A stretch of 64,000 nt of DNA, taken from assembly GCF_009914755.1 (NCBI RefSeq), contig NC_060930.1; one strand, written 5' to 3'. Below the pieces are notes generated by a model. It saw nothing but the letters and a program-made list of their open reading frames with translations. It had not been told where the DNA came from and ran no database searches. The first letter of the stretch is position 1; each line of letters starts with the position of its first letter. This document shows, in pieces, positions 56,675 to 64,000 of the stretch. The stretch comes from the human T2T-CHM13v2.0 reference genome, Homo sapiens. The position numbers were made by a program, and so were the translations under genes.

Positions 56675-57115
56675 TTATGGGATAAATCCTACTTGGCCAT
56701 GGTATATAATCCTTTTTATATGTTGCTAAATTCAGTTTGCTAGTATTTTGTTAAGGATCGTTCTGTCTGTATTCATAAGGGAATTGTCTGTAGTTTTATT
56801 TTCTCGTGAAGTCTTTGTCTGGTGTTGGTATCGGGGTAATACCGGCTTCATGGAAGGAGTTGAGAAGTGCTTCTTACTCTTCTGTCTCGAAAAGTTTGTG
56901 AAGAACTGCTGTTAATTCATCTTTAAAGATTTGGGACAATTTGCCAGGAAAGCCATTTAGTCTTGAACTTTCTCCATGGGTATTGTTTTGATTACTAATT
57001 CACTCTACTTATTATAGGTCTATTCAGATTTTTTACTTTTCCCTTGGGTCAGTCTCAGTGGTATGTGTCTTTCTAGGAATTTATCCATTTCATCTAAGTT
57101 ATCTAATTTGTTACC
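56675..57115 (-). mobile_element. L1 ORF2 fragment (L1M)
   Basis: gggataaatcctacttggccatggtatataatcc...ttcagtttgctagtattttgtt, antisense L1 ORF2. Confidence 0.88.
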
Positions 57116-58130
57116 GTTTTCTCATCTGTCAATATTGTTTTATTATGAAAATAGATGAGGGAAGCTTAAGGACTGAAAAAGTTAAATTGAAAATGAGAAT
57201 AATTTGTAAAACTGGAGGGGAAGAGAAGAAGCAGTCAAAGACTTCAGTGAAAGTCAAGAGGCACTTGAAGTAAGCCCTGAAGGGGAGAAATTGGTATTTT
57301 GTATTTTTTAAACATTCTGTGAAATGCACATGCCAGCCGAGAGACCTGGGAACCTCTAGCAGAGCGAGTTCCAGCGTGGTCTCCGGGCCCCGCACTGTTG
57401 CTTTGCTTTCTCCCGCTTTGCGTCATGTTAGGGCCATGAGAAATACGCGTACCAATTAATTTCCAGGAATTGTCAAAACACGGACAAATGAGCTGAAATA
57501 TTTCAAGACTGACAACAGTACAAATTCTCTGGGGCCACTGTGACATTCCTCTCCTTTGATTTGCTTCAGCTGCTAATAACAGACATCCCAGGCAACAAAG
57601 ACCATCACAGACTAAGCCAGCACATCATGACCAGCAGTGCCTGGCCGAAAGGGTCCCGAAGCCCTAACGGTTTTCCGGTCTCTGATGCAGTGATAGACAT
57701 CCAGGGCACCCACCCTCTGCGCCTTGGAAAGCCTGCAGCACCGTCGCTAAGAGCAAGTGGTCTGGCAAGTTGCCAAGCAATCCGTCGTCTTCCTTTCTAC
57801 TTATTTCCTGTTTTGGATATAGTTAGAGCTCAAAATCAATAAAAAAGTTCTTGCGTTCCAATCCCCAATTAGACAGATGGGAAAACAAATACACAAATCC
57901 GTTAGTGCTGAATTAGTCAGAATCGCAAGCTGAACTTCAAGCCATTCTAAGAACGGCACCAAGTTTATTTGCTCTAGAACCATGCTGTGGATAGGTGGGT
58001 CTCTGCTGAGGTTTAGCGCTTTAGAATGGACAGAGCGTTGCTAATATTGATACTATCATTGCAAGAGTTGCCTCACTTAATCCCCACAGCAACCTGCAAG
58101 ATAGCCTCCTTTTACAAAGGATGAAACTGA

Positions 58131-58576
<446 letters not shown>

Positions 58577-58634
58577 TGACCCTCTTCAGACCTGGCCCTA
58601 TGTCTAGGAGCTGAGGGATAATTTATTACAATCT

Positions 58635-58782
58635 GTCGCTCCTCAGCCCAGGACACTCATTAGAATCACAATACTGATCTCTGCATCCAGTTAAGTCAGA
58701 ATCCTAGGGTGGGCAGCCAGGCCTTGGCAGTGCTATGGGCCTGGAGATGACTTTAATTGGCAGCCACTATTGAGAACCATCG
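58635..58782. mobile_element. MER5-like hAT MITE
   Basis: cattagaatcac...tcagaatc...gcagcca..ttgagaacca motifs. Confidence 0.55.
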
Positions 58783-59594
58783 ACACAGCCTTCAAACTCT
58801 CTTGTTCTCTCCAAAAGTTTCGGTTAAATGGAATGATTTTGAGCCATTATTTGCTTTGGCACAAATAAGTTTCTTTTATCTTGAAAAACCTTAGGTCAGT
58901 TTCATTCAAGTAATACATGGTCTATTCAGAGAAATGGGTATATGGAGGATTTGAACGGAATGTGCTAGAATGTGACAGACTGTTGGGGGAGGGGCAGGGG
59001 AGCTTTGACAAAGAGCACTTAGGTTTCAGGCAAAGCTTCCTGGAGGAGACGACATCTGAGAATTCGCCACCCAAAGGTGGAAGGGATGTTTCAAGCCAAC
59101 AAAGCACAGGCATGTGTGGGGCGAAACGTCCTGGTGTTTCAAGAGGGGGTGCAAGTTGGGGGAAGTTGACTTAGGCATGTGGAATGTGGGTGCCCATGGA
59201 TACCTGGGGGTGGTGGGGAGCAGCCCAACAGGTAGCTGGATGGAACACTCAGGGAAGGTTTGCTTCCTGTGTTGTTGGAGAAATGGTCTGGTTGGTAGAA
59301 AGTCACTTGGAAACAGTGGAGACGTGAATCTGTTTTGTCAGCTAGCCTGTAAAAAACCTGTAAGACTTACTCATGTTTGTCATCTGAGATACTAATCCAA
59401 TTTCATCTTACATGCTGGAAGATTATTTTTTGAAATCAGCATTCATTATATTTTCCTTTCTCTGTGCCCACCTCTGCCAGCTGTGTCCCCACCAATTCAA
59501 GGGAAGTTTCTTCTTGGTCTAATTGGACACCAGTAAGAACAACAGAATAAGATAATCCTGAAAGATGATGGAAGGAAAAGCTTTGCAAATAGCT

Positions 59595-60018
<424 letters not shown>

Positions 60019-60198
60019 GATAATCTTGGAAAAGCATAAGCCAGGACCCCAAATCAGAACTTTGTGCATGGAGTAATGGAAGAGTTATTGTCCCCAGACA
60101 TGGCACACCAGATTGCAAATTAATAAAGACAGAGAATTATATTTATATAGAGCTTTGCAATTTACAGAGCACTGAGACATACATTTTCTAACTTACCC

Positions 60199-60505
60199 CT
60201 TTATTTTATTTTATTATTTTTTTGAGACAGAGTCTCACTCTGTCGCCCAGGCTGTAGTGCGGTAGCACGATCTCTGCTCACTGCACTCTTGACCTCCCGG
60301 GTTCAAGCGATTCTCCTGCCTCAGACCCCCACATGGCTGGGATTACAGGTGCGCGCCATCATGCCTGGCTAATTTTTGTATTTTTAGTACAGACAGGGTT
60401 TCACCATGTTGGTCAGGCTGGTCTTGACCTCCTGACCTCAAGTAATCCGCTCGCCCTGGCCTCCCAAAGTGCTGGGATTACAGGCGTGAGCCCCCGCGCC
60501 CAGCC
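60199..60505 (-). mobile_element. AluS (antisense)
   Basis: Reverse Alu body. Confidence 0.94.
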
Positions 60506-61839
60506 TGGAGGTGGTTTTTAAACGTTCAGTTGAATGTATGTGCAAATTCCCCTCACAGGGGCTCGCACACAGGAGGCTCATAACAAATATTAATTTGTTC
60601 CAACTTCTTTTCCTCATTCCTTCCGTCCTCCAATTTTGCCACATCTCCAAAGACCTCCACCCTGGATGTAAAACTAGGAGCTAGAGGGAAGGAGTTCTCT
60701 TTGATGTAGTGACATGTCATGGTTCCTTGAAGTTATGGCCATGGTGGGATGAAATTAATCTGTGAACCCAGAGACAGATGTCATGGACATTCAAGCCATC
60801 AGACACTGTAGGCAAGTGCCTATGCACTTTTCCAGGAACTATAAAAAATTTTAAGACCTGGAAAAAAATTACAAGCTCTAAAACATGAAAAGAAAACTGC
60901 AAAATCAAAATTGATAAATGTGTAATGTCTATGAGACACATGAATGTGTTAACTTCATTAATTGTTAAATTTAGCACTCATGAAAATTTTATGACAGTTT
61001 AGAAATGATTTGTAGGTTGGGTTTTTCTTACTTCATCAGAATCCCCAAGCACACATATGATTACATGGAAATCATTACCAATTACAAAGTAAGTTGCTCA
61101 TAGATGGATAAATTTAAAAGTCTAATTAGCTTGGAGTCCCATGCCCTCCCTACACTGCCTTTGCTGTGAGAAACCCAGGTTGCTTCTGGAAGAAGTCCTT
61201 TTGGTCTCAAGGCTTCTACCCCCCTGGGAGTGCCCCAAGCGCCATGAGAACATCGGCAGGAGAGGATGAGATGTGTTCTGTGTGGCCCCACAGGTCACAT
61301 CTAGGACCAGAGAGTGGGCCTGGGATTCAGACTCTACTCAATCCAAGAGGGAACAGCCCAGGACGCAGAGCTCCTAGTGGACAGGAGTCCCCACCCAGAG
61401 ATGTCAGACTTGGGACAGGGAGCATCTCCTAGCAATGCTGGACAGAGGACTTCAGCATTGGTGGCAAGGGCCGAACATCGACCTTCAGGGTCCTGCCCAG
61501 TGGAGGTCCCCTCCAGCAGACTCTTCTCTGTCATCAGGGCTTTGAGCCCATTGTGTCTCATCAACAGGCCAATATCACCAGCAGATAATGTTCCACTGGA
61601 CTGTACATTTACCGGCCATTCAGGCACCTGGCGAACAGGCCTTTCTGTTGCTTTGGTTCTTTATGGGCTTCTGTGGTTTAGGGACCGTGCTCACAGGACT
61701 GTGGAAAGCACGCAAGCAGAGCTGGCGCTAAACGGAACATGAGGCCCGATGCTCTTTCCCGACTCTCCTCTTTGCAGTTCATCCACCTTCACACCGACAC
61801 GGGGCTCACCACTTCCCAGACTATACCACATGGACATAC

Positions 61840-62030
61840 CACATGCTGTTCCAAGCCTTCCACGTACATAACTTCTGCTAACCCCTCACAGCACCCCTCT
61901 GAGCCTGCTACTAATATTATCTCCATTTTATAGATTAACAAAACCGGAGGAGGGAGAGCTTAAGTACAATTTTCTAACAGAAACGTCCTAATTTGACCCC
62001 AGAGCCCATGCTTTTAACCCTATGCTATGC
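61840..62030 (-). mobile_element. MIR
   Basis: tattatctccattttatagat...cccagagcccatgcttttaacc. Confidence 0.7.
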
Positions 62031-62189
62031 ACATCAATAAAGAAACATCTACAGGGGTGACTGTGTGTAAAGTGATTTTCAGCCACACCCTTTCAGTCCC
62101 CACAACCCATTATCCTTACCCACGCTCCCCTGTGAAAATCTGCCCAGAGGATAGGTCCCTGAGGCTCTGTGCTTTTTCCTTCAATATCT

Positions 62190-63270
62190 CTCTCTCAGCT
62201 CTTCAGACTGGATAATTTCTTTGGATCTCTCTTCATGTTCACTGATTCTTCTGCCATATCCAATCTACTGCTAACTTCATCCAGATAATTTTTCATTTTG
62301 CTTATTGTGCTTTTTAGTTGTAAAATTTTGATTTGGTTCTATCATATTTTCCCATTTCTTTGTATGTCTATTAATATTTTATTGACTACAGGACATTTTA
62401 GATATGTGGTATAGAGACTCTGGATTTTGTTATCTTACACCAAAGAGTGTTGCCCCTGTTACAGCAAGCAGTTCAGGTACTGGCTAGTCACCTTGAACGT
62501 GTGTGGGTTTGTATTATGTTTCGTTAGTACAGATCTGTGGAAAGTTCAAAGTGGTTTCCAGACTTTTTTAATTTGTTGGAACTCAACCTCCAAATTCTGT
62601 CTTCTCTGAAGATTGTTTGGTTTCAAGCTTTGTTAGGATGGGTCTAGGGTCTTACTTTAGGGCATGATTCTTACTCCTAAGGCACAGCCTTTCTGATGTC
62701 TTTGGGATCCCGGGGATGTGAACAATGTGTTGGAGGTGTTCATGACCTCAGTGTCCCTAATGCACTACTTTTCTCAACCTCGAGTATCTCTATTTCTCTT
62801 TCAGCCACATCTCAGCTGCTATCTTATAAGCCTTGGGGCAGGGGATTCTCACCCTGCACATGCCCAGCGCAACCCTTGCCTACAGCCCTTGGAACCTCCA
62901 CTAGGACTTCTGGTCCTCCTGAACGGACCAGAACGGCATCCTCTTCTCCAGTGTCTTGCCCTGGAGATCCAGCCACTTCAGCTTTCTCGCACTCTGACCT
63001 CTGTTTTCTCTATAGCTGAATGACTATGGTCTGCTCAGACTCCAGCTCTGTGCAATGGTTGGGGAACTTTCCCCAAGAAAAGAATTGGTTGGTTGTGGGG
63101 CTTACCTTGTGAGTTTCCCTTCCCTCAGGGATTACAGTCTTGCATTGCCTGTGGTGCACTACTGGAAACCATTTGCCTCCTGTACTTTGGCCAGTTTCAT
63201 ATACTCCCTTATATACAGGCTGAATGCTGGTCCAGTATCAGTTCTCCATCATTCCTGGGAGTAGAAGAGA
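62190..63270 (-). mobile_element. Degenerate L1M fragments (approximate bounds)
   Basis: cttcagactggataatttct..gatct..cttca.gttcactgattctt antisense L1 pattern. Confidence 0.55.
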
Positions 63271-64000
63271 AGCTTTGTCTCTATAATTAGAGGACATGTT
63301 ACAACCCATGTTGCCATATGTTCCAGACATGGGTTGTTTGCTACCCACTCTACCAACAATAAACACTGAGTTAGCCGTGGGGTGTGACTACTCTGACCTA
63401 AAGCTGTTTCCAGTGTTTACTTTGAAGGAGGAGCCTCTGGAGACAGATTTAGCATCAGACTCAGCATGTTCATTTGCAGAGGAGAGAAAGGCTGGTGGGA
63501 AAGAGGCCCCAGGTATCTTTGGTCAAACTTTTGCCTGCCATCTTATTTTAGGACCAGTATCCGGATAAGAAAGGTATTTCTTGAATGATAGAAGACGTGC
63601 TCCTAAGGAAATATGCAATACTTTAGAAATTAGAGATAAATGCTTTATAATTTTACGTCTAGATAAGCACCCTGATATTGCAGGTCAAAAAATTAGATAA
63701 ATATTGATAGAAAGCTGGCATCAAAGTACCTAATGAGGTCTTATTTATTATCTCAAAAATGGGAAAATTCAGTGTTAGTGTATCCTCTCTCACAAGTGGG
63801 GGATGGGGGTGGTTATTCAGTGCCTATGAAATTTTCTCTCTACTATAAATTCTCAAGGAAGAAAATGTTAGGGAAGCAACAATGTGACATCTAAAGCAAT
63901 AATGTGATGGGTGTGACCACAGGTGTCTCTTGCCATCTGAACTCCTATGAAATTTCAAGGACCCATACTGGAAGTATGTGCAGATAACCCAGAGCCAGCT

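Overview
Primate (most likely human) genomic DNA from the interior of the DHHC palmitoyl-acyltransferase gene ZDHHC14, transcribed on the + strand. Five internal coding exons were read directly from the sequence and splice into one open frame: 26360-26497 (DHHC motif and TM3), 30845-30893, 43762-43864 (TM4 and TTNE), 45284-45393 and 51549-51651. They are probably exons 4-8 (numbering from memory); the start and stop codons lie outside the window. The standout feature is the 12,868-nt intron 30894-43761, a minor-spliceosome (U12-type) AT-AC intron with 5' site ATATCCTTT, branch site TCCTTGAC and 3' AC. Minor introns are a known class and this one is probably catalogued. Around it the sequence suggests testable escape routes: an immediate double stop on retention, an in-frame all-U2 bypass through a cryptic AG at 43696-43697, and an in-frame alternative donor after the DHHC exon. 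The rest is intronic: about 24 Alus, MaLR solo LTRs, MIR/L2/L1 relics, MER DNA transposons, a local ~300-bp duplication, a 40-bp G-rich VNTR, a CA-rich tract and STRs. Almost all listed ORFs are repeat-derived noise. Repeat family names come from recalled consensus sequences and their boundaries are approximate. No wholly new biological system can be proven from sequence alone.
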